Of a DNA stretch of 64,000 bases, positions 55,285 to 64,000 are shown piece by piece (within the stretch, counting starts at the first letter, position 1; the number at the start of each line of letters is the position of its first letter). The stretch comes from Spirochaetota bacterium (GTDB lineage Bacteria > Spirochaetota > UBA12135 > COTS27 > CBDBHE01), in assembly GCA_965205605.1 (NCBI GenBank), contig CBDBHE010000006.1, forward strand, positions 128,001-192,000, in the 5' to 3' direction. The notes under the pieces were generated by a model. It saw only the letters and a list, made by a program, of their open reading frames with translations, searched no databases and was not told where the DNA came from. The position numbers and the translations under genes are program-made.

Positions 55285-57849
55285 TTATTTTAGTATGTTA
55301 CTAATAATTTCGTTTAAATCTTTAGAAATAGGCTGACTTTGAATCCTTAACATTGCTTTTTCCATTTTTTCCTTTATGGAAGAAGGGAGGTTTTTAAAAT
55401 AATTAAAACTACTGGCTATTCGAGCTGCAATTTGAGGGTTGTAAACATCTATCTTAATGATTTTTTTTGCCAAAAACTCATACCCTTTTCCAGAAGGATG
55501 ATTAAAATAAAGCAAATTAAATTGACTAAAATTTTTATAAAGAGCCATTAATTTATTAGGACTATAAATATCAAAAGAAGGGTGATTTTCTAAAGAGCTG
55601 AGTCTTTTAAAAATAGAAGGCTCTTCGATACGTGCTTGAATAGAAAAGTATTTGTTCATGACTAACGAATCATTTTGGTATTTTTTTTCGAAAATTTTTA
55701 TAGCTTTTTCATGATAAGGTGTGTAAAAAACAAGATAAGAAAAATTAATTAATCGAGTATTCATTGTTTTAGCATCTTGAAATTGCTTGTAAACAAGGTC
55801 AAAATATTCTTGTTTTTTGAGAATGACTAAGAAGTAAAGCAATCGATTTTTCCATGCTCTTTCTTGATAAGTAAGCTCTTCAAATGATTTTTTGGCATAT
55901 TTTTTGTAATTTTCTAAAAAAAAGTCTTTGTTTAAATTAGCAAAAGCAAAATCAAATTTTTTACAAAAAGAATGGATTTTTTTGATATCGATAACCTGCT
56001 GCTTGTTGAGATAGTGAAGAGGACTTGGAAATGTAAAACACTCTGATTTATAGTCTGGATCAAATTTTGGGTTTTGAGCGATTTGAAGTAAGGTTTCATT
56101 AAATGTTTTTGGGACTTTGATTTTATTGTCTTTAGAATAATTTAAAAAAAGCCTATCGACGATATTCATGGTGAGCTCCCATTGATTAAAAAGGTTTTTT
56201 TCAAAAGGATATTTTTGAAGCAAGTCTTTTAAATGGTTTGATTCTTTAATAATAACAGGGCAAATAAAATCTTCGTTAATAGATAAGAAAGGTTTTTGAG
56301 AAATGTTTTTAAATATCATTTTTTTTTTTCTTTTATTAAAAAGAATCAAAGAAGAAAAAATAGTTTTTTTAGAAGTAAAAAGAGATATTTTTAAAGGGAA
56401 AAGGAGTGGTTTTTCAAGCTTATGTTTTTTAATAGATTGGTGAATCTCAAGGATAAATTGTTCTTTTTTTTTAGAATATTCTTTGTTAATGGTTAAAATA
56501 GGGGTTCCTTTTTGATGGTACCAACGTTTAAATTGTTTCAGTTTTATTTTAGAAACGCTTTGCATTGAATGTAAAAAATCTTCAATGGTACTTGCTTTCC
56601 CGTCATATTTTATCAGATATTTTTTAATGCCTCGATAAAAAACGTCTTTTGTAAGAAGAGTAAATAGCATTCGAATCACAGCAGCTCCTTTTTCATAAAC
56701 CGTTGTTGTGTAAAAATTTCTAATTTCTAAGTATTCACTAGGTTGAATGGAATGAGCATGGTTACTGAGGTCTTCTGTAAATTGATTTTGTTTGATAACA
56801 ATGGCGTCTTGAATGCGCTTTACTGTTTTTGAGTGAAAAGATGCTGTAAAGCATTGGTCTCTAAAAACAGTCAAACCTTCTTTTAAAGTGAGCTGAAACC
56901 AATCTCTTATTGTGATTCGATTTCCTGTCCAATTGTGAAAATATTCGTGAGCGACAATGTTTTCAATTCTTACATATTCAGCATCTGTTGTGGTATCAGG
57001 GCTGACCAAGATCAAATTGGCATTAAAAATATTTAGCCCTTTATTTTCCATTGCTCCTGAGTTAAATGATTCAATGGCTACAATATTATAATGTTTCAAA
57101 TCATATTCTAATCCATAAACTTCTTCGTCCCATTTCATTGCTTTTTTGAGCGAACTGGCAGCATGGTGACATTTATGTGTTTCTCCTTTAGTTGTATAAA
57201 TTTTAATATTTACCTTTTTTTTACTTTTAGTTTCATAATAGTCTTGATAAAACAGTAAGTCTCCTGCAACAAGAGCATATAAATAAGAAGGTTTTGGTAA
57301 AGGGTCTTTCCAAATAGCCCAGTGAGTTTTGTCTTTATTTTCTCCAAAATTTTCTAAATTGCCATTTGATAAAATCACAGGGTATTGATCTTTGTTAGCG
57401 GTAATACGTGTTGAAAAAATAGCTAAGTTATCAGGTCTATCAATAAAAAAAGTAATTTTTCTAAATCCTTCTGCTTCATTTTGAGTACAAAGGATATTTC
57501 TAGCGAGATAAAGTCCTTCTAAGGACTTGTTATTTTGAGGGTACAGCCTTACGGTGCTTTCTAAAGTAAAAGCATCGGGTGGATTTTTAATAATCAAGTG
57601 AGAATCTTTTTTAATATATTGCTTTTTTCTAAGAGAGGTTTCATTTAATGAAAGAGATAAGCATTCTAAATTTTCTCCGTCAAGGACAAGGTTTTGTTTA
57701 AAAAGAGTTTTAATTTTTTTTTTTACAAAAAGTTTGCTTTTTACTAAAGTATGTTGTTTTTTAATAACAATATCCAAATCAATTTTAGAGATTGAAAAAA
57801 TAGAAGGTGTATAATCTTTTATGAAAGTTTTTTTAATTTTTTTTGACAT
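55285..57849 (-). CDS. pepN: Aminopeptidase N (M1)
   Basis: TQNEAEGFR, GAMENKGLN, HEYFHNWTGNR, NFYT.TVYEKG, NPQIAAR. Confidence 0.95.
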   Translation of the reverse strand: MSKKIKKTFIKDYTPSIFSISKIDLDIVIKKQHTLVKSKLFVKKKIKTLFKQNLVLDGENLECLSLSLNETSLRKKQYIKKDSHLIIKNPPDAFTLESTVRLYPQNNKSLEGLYLARNILCTQNEAEGFRKITFFIDRPDNLAIFSTRITANKDQYPVILSNGNLENFGENKDKTHWAIWKDPLPKPSYLYALVAGDLLFYQDYYETKSKKKVNIKIYTTKGETHKCHHAASSLKKAMKWDEEVYGLEYDLKHYNIVAIESFNSGAMENKGLNIFNANLILVSPDTTTDAEYVRIENIVAHEYFHNWTGNRITIRDWFQLTLKEGLTVFRDQCFTASFHSKTVKRIQDAIVIKQNQFTEDLSNHAHSIQPSEYLEIRNFYTTTVYEKGAAVIRMLFTLLTKDVFYRGIKKYLIKYDGKASTIEDFLHSMQSVSKIKLKQFKRWYHQKGTPILTINKEYSKKKEQFILEIHQSIKKHKLEKPLLFPLKISLFTSKKTIFSSLILFNKRKKKMIFKNISQKPFLSINEDFICPVIIKESNHLKDLLQKYPFEKNLFNQWELTMNIVDRLFLNYSKDNKIKVPKTFNETLLQIAQNPKFDPDYKSECFTFPSPLHYLNKQQVIDIKKIHSFCKKFDFAFANLNKDFFLENYKKYAKKSFEELTYQERAWKNRLLYFLVILKKQEYFDLVYKQFQDAKTMNTRLINFSYLVFYTPYHEKAIKIFEKKYQNDSLVMNKYFSIQARIEEPSIFKRLSSLENHPSFDIYSPNKLMALYKNFSQFNLLYFNHPSGKGYEFLAKKIIKIDVYNPQIAARIASSFNYFKNLPSSIKEKMEKAMLRIQSQPISKDLNEIISNILK

Positions 57850-57914
57850 TATTTTAGTTTTATTTTTTAAAAAGAAATTTTAATACGTTGTTTTTTTTAA
57901 AAGAAAAAAAAGCT

Positions 57915-59015
57915 TTATTGATAAAGAGAATTATATTGCTCTATGATTTCATTCATGGCAAATCGTTTTCTAGCTGAATCATAAGCGTTTTTTGATAAAA
58001 CTTCCCATTTTTTAGGGTTGTTAATAAGGCTAAGAGCAATTTCAGTAGCTTTACTAATGTCTTTTGGCTCAAAAAGATACCCGTCTTTTCCTTCGATAAC
58101 GACTTCGCTCACTCCCCCGACTCGTGTTGAAATCACAGGGACTCCACAAGCCATTGCTTCTAAAGCAGCTAGTCCAAACGATTCGTCTTGACTGGTTGAT
58201 AAAAAGAAAGAAGCTTTTTTTAAAAAATGGGCTGGATTTACTTGAATCCCTAAAAATTTTACTTTATCTTCAATATTAAGTTTTTTACAAAGAGTAAGCA
58301 TACGATGTTCTAAAGGCCCTTCACCTACTACCCAAAGAAAACATTTTTTTGAAGTTTTTTTTTGAATTTGATCAAATATTTTAATTGTCTCAAGGGGATT
58401 TTTAACAACTCTTAAGTTGGAAGAATGAAAGAAGATAATGGGGTTTTCTAATTTTTTATTTTCTTTCATTTTATAATAATTTGGATTGACGAAATTATAA
58501 ATTGTTTGAATTTTATTTGGATTAATTTGAAAAAATTTCTCTGTTTTTTCTTTTAAATAATTACTAACAACAGTGATTTTATCGGAATTTTCGATGGCAT
58601 ATTTAGTAATGTGAATCATGGATGAATGAGACCCTACAATTGTAATGTCGGTGCCGTGTAAAGTTGTAATGCATTTAACTTTTTTTTTTGATATTTGTTT
58701 TGCTAAAATCGCTGCAATAGCATGAGGGATGGCGTAATGACTGTGAATAACATGAATGTTCATTCTTTCAACCAGCTCGGCTAATTGAGAAGCTAAAGCA
58801 AGAGTATAGGGTTGAAAATCAAAAACAGGGTATTCTTTTATAGAGATTTTGTGATAATGAATTTTTTCATTAAAATTTTCTTGATATCTAAAAGGATGTT
58901 GAAGACCAACAAAATGAACATGGTAATTTTTTTTCTCTGCCATGGCTTTACCAATTTCGTAAGCGACAATACCAGATCCACCCAATCGATGAAAATTTAA
59001 AATAGCAATATTCAT
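57915..59015 (-). CDS. bshA: N-acetyl-alpha-D-glucosaminyl L-malate synthase
   Basis: GGSGIVA.E.G, YPVF...PY, HSHYAIPHA, TTLHGTDIT.VG, SN.R.VK, ESFGLAALEAM; clustered with bshB1/bshC. Confidence 0.92.
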   Translation of the reverse strand: MNIAILNFHRLGGSGIVAYEIGKAMAEKKNYHVHFVGLQHPFRYQENFNEKIHYHKISIKEYPVFDFQPYTLALASQLAELVERMNIHVIHSHYAIPHAIAAILAKQISKKKVKCITTLHGTDITIVGSHSSMIHITKYAIENSDKITVVSNYLKEKTEKFFQINPNKIQTIYNFVNPNYYKMKENKKLENPIIFFHSSNLRVVKNPLETIKIFDQIQKKTSKKCFLWVVGEGPLEHRMLTLCKKLNIEDKVKFLGIQVNPAHFLKKASFFLSTSQDESFGLAALEAMACGVPVISTRVGGVSEVVIEGKDGYLFEPKDISKATEIALSLINNPKKWEVLSKNAYDSARKRFAMNEIIEQYNSLYQ

Positions 59016-59016
59016 T

Positions 59017-59742
59017 TTATTTTTTTTCTATATGAGCTAAAGGATCTTCTATTTTTAAAGGAGCATTAAAAAAAAACCCTTCTGCATAAGGCACACCGAT
59101 TAAACTTCCAAAGTACTTTGATTTTGAAATCAAAAGTTGCCAAAAGTGTGTTGATTTAATAAAGGTTTTGCTAGGCTGCTTTTCATCTTTTTCAGTGAAG
59201 ACCTGACTTTGATAACATTTTATAGCTTCTAATTTTTTTTCCCAAACAGGAGTAATATCAATAATAAAATCAGGTCTTTGAGTTGAGAAAAATTCGTTAA
59301 ATTGAAACAAGGTTTTTGGTTTATGTGCTTTTGTGTCTTTAATGTTTATTTTTTGAAGTCCAGAGAGAAAAAAACATTCTTGGATCATTTGGCCTGTGTA
59401 ATAATGATCTGGATGCCGTATCAGAGATCCTCCAAAACTAATCAGTGCTTGGGGTTGATAAGTGCGAATAACTTTAATAATTTTTTTTCTTGATGCTTCG
59501 TTATTTCTGATATTGCCATCGGGCAAATCAAGAGTAATTCTTTTGTCCAACTGTAAAGTTTTAGTTGCGTTTTCTGTTTCTTTTTTTCTTTTTTTTTCAT
59601 CTCCCAAGGTCCCTGCTTCTCCTTTGGATAAGTCACAAATGCCAATAGTATATCCTTTTTTTTTTAACATCATTAAGGTCCCACTTACAAAAAATTCACA
59701 GTCATCTGGGTGAGAACCAATAGCAAGATAATCTATTTTCAT
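59017..59742 (-). CDS. bshB1: Bacillithiol biosynthesis deacetylase
   Basis: HPDD.E, DLS.GEAGT.G, RHPDH, Y.SQ, G..IGVPYAEGF. Confidence 0.9.
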   Translation of the reverse strand: MKIDYLAIGSHPDDCEFFVSGTLMMLKKKGYTIGICDLSKGEAGTLGDEKKRKKETENATKTLQLDKRITLDLPDGNIRNNEASRKKIIKVIRTYQPQALISFGGSLIRHPDHYYTGQMIQECFFLSGLQKINIKDTKAHKPKTLFQFNEFFSTQRPDFIIDITPVWEKKLEAIKCYQSQVFTEKDEKQPSKTFIKSTHFWQLLISKSKYFGSLIGVPYAEGFFFNAPLKIEDPLAHIEKK

Positions 59743-60974
59743 TCCTTTGTTATTTCCAAAATATCAATCGTTTTTTTTTGAAAATCATAGATGTTTTCAA
59801 TTTTCTCAATAAAGTTTAGTCCATATAGGTTGAGATAATAAAATAAATTAAAAATTCTTTCTTGCGGTTTTCCATAAGGAGCTAATGAAGCAGAAATAAA
59901 TTGAAGATTTTTAATTTCTTTTTCTCTTTTTTCTTTTAATTTTTTTCTTTTTGCTCCAATAATTTCTTTTGATTTTTGAAATAACCATTTTTCTATTTCT
60001 TTTTTTTCGATATTAAGATTTTCTAATTGTGTAAAATAATGATGGTTTATTTTTTGAAATTTTTCTTTCAATTGGGATAAATTAACGTCTCCTTTAAAAA
60101 TAAAATAATCTTTTATTAAGTTGTCTTGCTCTTTGTTTAGAAAAAAATCCCAAGAAAGGCCTAATTTTTTAAGGATTTTTTTTATAGAGGGTTCTATCAA
60201 AATAGCAGACATTCGTTTTTGAATTTTTGGTAGTTTGACTTGATGAAAATGATATTGTGCTTTTAAATTTTTTAAATAAACCTCTTCACTTGGACCGGTG
60301 ATATAAGTATGAGTTTTGAAGTAAGCATCTTGGAGGACGCTTCTTGTTTTAAGGTGAGGGAGTAAGGAATGGTTTTCAATAGAGACTACTTGATTGTTTC
60401 GATCTACGAATTGGTTGTTTTTTTTAAAAAGGGTTTTTCTTTGGTCGTTAATAGAAACAAATAAATTGCATTGATTGCCTTCAGGAGTTTTATGAGCTTC
60501 TTTGATTAAAAAAGGTTTTGCAAAGTTTAGGAAAGATTTTTCTGAAGGATCAAAAAAAACAAGCGAATTATTTTTAAAAAGTTTTTTGGCTAATTTGAGG
60601 GAAGCTTTCATAAGAGTGTTTCCTTTAATATAGCAATCAAAGCAAAGAGATTTAAGAAAAGAAGTGTTTTCTGTTTGGTGGATGTCATCAAAAAAAATAT
60701 TTAAAAGCTTGATTAAATGTTCATCAATGATGACTTTTCCAATTGAAAGTCCATGAGTTTTTTTTTCCCATTTTAATTTTTTTAAAACATTTTTTTTATT
60801 AAGATAATCGATGGTGTTAATTTCATTAAAATCAGCATCATTAGATTCCATCCAATAAATAGCGGTTCCTTTTAGTTGTTTGGCTAACTCCAAAGAGCCT
60901 AAAACTTTATAAGTAGTAAAGAGAGGCCCTCCCAAGAGGCCAATTTGTTGACCGGTAACAATATTTGGTTGCAT
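59739..60974 (-). CDS. bshC: Bacillithiol biosynthesis cysteine-adding enzyme (compact form)
   Basis: VTGQQ.GL.GGPL.T.YK, WM...D.DF.EI, Y..GP.E..Y, P.G.PQER..N. Confidence 0.85.
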   Translation of the reverse strand: MQPNIVTGQQIGLLGGPLFTTYKVLGSLELAKQLKGTAIYWMESNDADFNEINTIDYLNKKNVLKKLKWEKKTHGLSIGKVIIDEHLIKLLNIFFDDIHQTENTSFLKSLCFDCYIKGNTLMKASLKLAKKLFKNNSLVFFDPSEKSFLNFAKPFLIKEAHKTPEGNQCNLFVSINDQRKTLFKKNNQFVDRNNQVVSIENHSLLPHLKTRSVLQDAYFKTHTYITGPSEEVYLKNLKAQYHFHQVKLPKIQKRMSAILIEPSIKKILKKLGLSWDFFLNKEQDNLIKDYFIFKGDVNLSQLKEKFQKINHHYFTQLENLNIEKKEIEKWLFQKSKEIIGAKRKKLKEKREKEIKNLQFISASLAPYGKPQERIFNLFYYLNLYGLNFIEKIENIYDFQKKTIDILEITKE

Positions 60975-61109
60975 TTTTTTTGATAGCAGAAAATAAATAA
61001 TAGATATTTTGCTATGGAACAGCTTTTGTTAGAAGCTTAAGTAAGAATTTTCTTTTTAAGAAAAATGGAAAAGAAAAATATTTTTTTTTATCTAAAAGAA
61101 GGTTAACAA

Positions 61110-61880
61110 TTAATACTTGGGGACTTGTTGATCAATTTTCTCAGACCAAGCTTGGATACCACCGGTCATTTTAAAAACATTTGTAAACCCTTGTTGATTG
61201 AAAAAACGAACGGCTTGATGACTATGTTTACCTTGATGACAATATAAAACAATCAAAGTATCTTTAGACCAATTTTTTAAAATATTTTGGAAATAGGCTT
61301 CGTTTAAAAATTCGCTTCCTTCAATAAAAGCTTTTTTTCTTTCCCATTGGGCACGAGAGTCGAGTAGTTTGATTTCTTTTTTTTTAAGTTTTTCTTTGAC
61401 TTCTTCAGGAGTCATTTCTAAGGCTTTAGAAGGATCTTTAATTTGAATAGATTCATTAATTTTTTCGCCATAAAATTTATCGTAAATACTTGTAATAAAG
61501 GTTAAAAGAGAAGCTGGATTAAATCCTTCGATTTGATGACGCTCAATCATATAAATTAATTGTTGATCTTTAAAAAAAGCAATCGAAGGGGAAGACGGTG
61601 CATAGCCTTCAAAATATTTTCTTGCTTCTTCTGTTGCTTCCATATCGACTCCGGCAAAGACAGTATAGATTTTTTGAGGCGTGAGTGGGTTTTTTAAAGA
61701 TTCGATCAAAGCTGGTCTTGCAGAGGCCGCAGAGCATCCACAAACAGAATTAACTAAGACAACATAACTTCCTTTTTCATTGGATAAGCTTTGATTGACT
61801 TGTTGGGAGCTTGTAAGCTCTTTAACCCCATTACGAGTTAATTCCTCTCGCATTGGTTGAGTGATCGTTGGATTATACAT
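61110..61880 (-). CDS. BrxA/BrxB bacilliredoxin fused to a C-terminal rhodanese domain
   Basis: PMREELT, VNSVCGCSA..ARP, TVFAGVD, PSSPS.A.FK, ERHQIEG; then LLDSR...IEGS...YCHQGKHS...GGIQAWS.KID..VPKY. Confidence 0.88.
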   Translation of the reverse strand: MYNPTITQPMREELTRNGVKELTSSQQVNQSLSNEKGSYVVLVNSVCGCSAASARPALIESLKNPLTPQKIYTVFAGVDMEATEEARKYFEGYAPSSPSIAFFKDQQLIYMIERHQIEGFNPASLLTFITSIYDKFYGEKINESIQIKDPSKALEMTPEEVKEKLKKKEIKLLDSRAQWERKKAFIEGSEFLNEAYFQNILKNWSKDTLIVLYCHQGKHSHQAVRFFNQQGFTNVFKMTGGIQAWSEKIDQQVPKY

Positions 61881-62011
61881 GTATTATTATAAGATAAATT
61901 TACTTTTTTTAAAAATTTATTGAAATTAACAAGTTATTTTCTATTTTAAAATCAATAATTGTGGGTTTTTTATGAAAATAAGTTTAAACTATATCTAGAG
62001 GTTTTTCTTAA

Positions 62012-63892
62012 ATGTTTTTTTTTCCCTTTCAAAAGAAATTTTTAAAGATTATTTTTATTTTTACTCTTATTCCTTTGCTTTATGCGATTCCTAAAGAAAG
62101 CAAAAATATTGATAAACTCATTAAAAAAAATCTTTTAAAAAAAGGAATGACTCTATCTCCTTTAGCAACAGATACCACTTTCCTAAAGCGTGTTTATCTA
62201 GTTGTTGCAGGGCGCATTCCTCACTATAAAGAAGCAAAACGTTTTCTTAATTCTACAGATAATTTAAAAAGAGAAAAGCTTATTAAAAAGCTTCTTAAAA
62301 GTGAGGATTATGTCAATAGTTTTTATAATTTTTGGGCAGATTTATTGGCTATTAAACCAGTTGATTTTGGTGGGAAAATGGGGGATTATAGAAAAAATTT
62401 TTTTGATCAATGGATGAAAAAAATGATACGAGAAGATCAGTCTTATCGAAAAATAGTTGAAAAAATCATTTCTGCTGAAGGGGATATTTTTAATAACCCA
62501 CAAACTTATTACTTCATTCAAGATGATAGAAAAAATATGCTTTTGGAAAAAACGGGCATGATGGCTCAATCTTTTCTTGGTACTCGTATCGGTTGTGCCC
62601 AATGCCATGATCATAAAAGTGATAAATGGACACAAGAGCAATTTTATCAAAACGCTGCTTTTTTTTCTGGGCTTACTTTTAAAAATTATAATACTAGACA
62701 AGTTAGAACTGTAAGAAGAAATTTAGGAAAAATCGAGAAATCTATTTCTAAAAAAGAAAGAAAGAAAATTAGAAGATTTTTAAGAACCCTAGAAGGAAAT
62801 TACCTTATTAAAGAAAACAAAAAAAATAATCTTAAATACCCAGATAATTATATTTATGATAAAGGAAAACAAGGAAAGGTTGTTTCGCATAAAGTATTAT
62901 TTGGTCGTTTGAGAGAAAACCCAGAAGAAACAAAAAGAGAAAATTATGCTGCTTGGCTGACGTCCGCTTATAATAGGCGTTTTACTAAAACCATTGTTAA
63001 TCGCTTGTGGAGAGAAGTGATGGGACAGGGATTTTTTGAACCCGTCGATGATCTCAAGGATAACAATCTTGTTTTTAATCGACCTTTATTTGATTATTTA
63101 GAAAGATTAATGAGAAGAAAAAATTATAAAATTAAATCTTTCTTGTCTATTTTACTCAATTCAAAAGCCTTTCAAATGGATTCTAAGATTTTTGATAAAG
63201 AAGATTATCAAGGAGAAGGGTATGTTTTTAGAAGAATGACTCCGTATCAAATTTGGGATTCTCTTGAGTTAATAAGATTAGGAAAATCTGTTTTTAATAT
63301 TCCTGTTAAAGATAAAATTGTTTCAGTTGAAGAAGATTTGAAACGAACTTCTTTTATTAGAAAAACACTTGAAACTTGGAAAGTTGATTTTAATTTAGCT
63401 TATAAAAATATAGAGCAAAATGAAGAATCGTTTCAAAAATTAACTAAAACAGCTAACGATTATTTTAATTTTTCAAAACGAAAAAAAGGAGAAAATATAC
63501 GATTTATATTTTATCCGAGTTCGTATATAAGCTATTTTCCTTATCGATTAAAACAAGGTAACTTTTTAAAAGAATTTGGTATGACAGATAGAGAAAGTGT
63601 TAGCCACTGCTCTATTGAGCCAAGTATCCCGCAATCTCTTTTTTTAATGAACAGCTTTTATGTTAATAAGTTGGTTCTTAATGCCAGGACTTTAAGGGTT
63701 TCTTTTGAAGGACTGGGTTCTTTGAAAGAGGTCCTTGATTTTGTGTATTTATCTGTTTTGAGTCGTTTTCCTTTAGATGAAGAAATGCGTATATGGCAAG
63801 AGCATTATAAAGGAAAATTTAATAAAAATAAACATTACAAGCAGATTTTATGGACGGTGATTAATAGTCGAGAGTTTATTTTTATTCAATAA
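62012..63892 (+). CDS. DUF1549/DUF1553 (PSD1-type) exported protein
   Basis: FLKRVYL...GRIP, WADLL, FLGTRIGCAQCHDH, VNRLW...MG.G..EPVDD, QSLFLMN, W...NS.EF.F. Confidence 0.88.
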   Translation: MFFFPFQKKFLKIIFIFTLIPLLYAIPKESKNIDKLIKKNLLKKGMTLSPLATDTTFLKRVYLVVAGRIPHYKEAKRFLNSTDNLKREKLIKKLLKSEDYVNSFYNFWADLLAIKPVDFGGKMGDYRKNFFDQWMKKMIREDQSYRKIVEKIISAEGDIFNNPQTYYFIQDDRKNMLLEKTGMMAQSFLGTRIGCAQCHDHKSDKWTQEQFYQNAAFFSGLTFKNYNTRQVRTVRRNLGKIEKSISKKERKKIRRFLRTLEGNYLIKENKKNNLKYPDNYIYDKGKQGKVVSHKVLFGRLRENPEETKRENYAAWLTSAYNRRFTKTIVNRLWREVMGQGFFEPVDDLKDNNLVFNRPLFDYLERLMRRKNYKIKSFLSILLNSKAFQMDSKIFDKEDYQGEGYVFRRMTPYQIWDSLELIRLGKSVFNIPVKDKIVSVEEDLKRTSFIRKTLETWKVDFNLAYKNIEQNEESFQKLTKTANDYFNFSKRKKGENIRFIFYPSSYISYFPYRLKQGNFLKEFGMTDRESVSHCSIEPSIPQSLFLMNSFYVNKLVLNARTLRVSFEGLGSLKEVLDFVYLSVLSRFPLDEEMRIWQEHYKGKFNKNKHYKQILWTVINSREFIFIQ

Positions 63893-63918
63893 CAATAACA
63901 ATAAGAAGGAGAAAAGCG

Positions 63919-64000
63919 ATGATGTTTTTTAATGATTTAAATAGGCGTGATTTTATTAAAATAGGAGCGGAAGCTTTTTTGGGAGTTAGCTTTTTAAAAA
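63919..64000 (+). CDS. Tat-exported protein, 5' end (probably DUF1501 family), runs off window end
   Basis: AAGGAG RBS, then MMFFNDLNRRDFIKIGAEAFLGVSF; DUF1501 genes usually follow DUF1549/1553 genes. Confidence 0.65.
   Translation, partial: MMFFNDLNRRDFIKIGAEAFLGVSFLK

Noticed and set aside
60983-61037. Two weak hairpins between the brx-rhodanese gene and bshC (riboswitch or terminator?)
   Set aside because: Imperfect AT-rich stems with no recognisable riboswitch core or clear U-tract
2370-62701. Numerous 60-120 aa alternative-frame or antisense ORFs (e.g. 3540-3767, 31171-31383, 34479-34718, 45163-45447, 50221-50523, 51735-52073, 62342-62701)
   Set aside because: They overlap well-supported genes and show no motifs; expected shadow ORFs
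1-64000. CRISPR array, IS/transposase, integrase, prophage or rRNA
   Set aside because: No repeat-spacer periodicity, intergenic gaps are all under about 200 nt, and no ORF carries such motifs
1-64000. Alternative genetic code (TGA recoding) given the strong AT bias
   Set aside because: Conserved genes are full length under code 11, Trp is TGG, and TGA ends recF, uvrB, mltD and aroQ at expected positions

Overview
A 64 kb AT-rich, densely coding bacterial chromosome segment (standard code 11, lysine-rich proteins, many poly-A/T tracts). It is most likely from a Spirochaetota-related lineage, judged from the short SMC without a canonical hinge, the dnaN-recF-DUF721 order, the long RodA and Gln at the GyrA Ser83-equivalent position. 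Most genes are housekeeping (gap, fbaA, dnaN, recF, ribD, smc, rodA/mrdA, ilvE, uvrB, tmk, aroQ, pth, rdgB, efp, pepA, trmL, cysE, gyrA, lolCD, pepN), but many classical operons are broken up. Two tRNA-Ser genes flank a small islet with an orphan M.NlaIII/M.HpyI-like DNA methyltransferase. The most interesting items are: (i) a bacillithiol locus (bshC-bshB1-bshA) headed by a bacilliredoxin-rhodanese fusion and followed by pepN and an 'SGCSIDS' cysteine protein; (ii) an FAD oxidoreductase + membrane 4Fe-4S protein + msrP operon with no msrQ; (iii) a CoaD-CoaE fusion; (iv) a LIM-like Zn-finger/DA1-like pseudopeptidase; (v) degenerate GGDEF and M24-peptidase-like proteins. No CRISPR array, rRNA, transposase or integrase was seen. 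All family calls come from motif recognition, not database searches.
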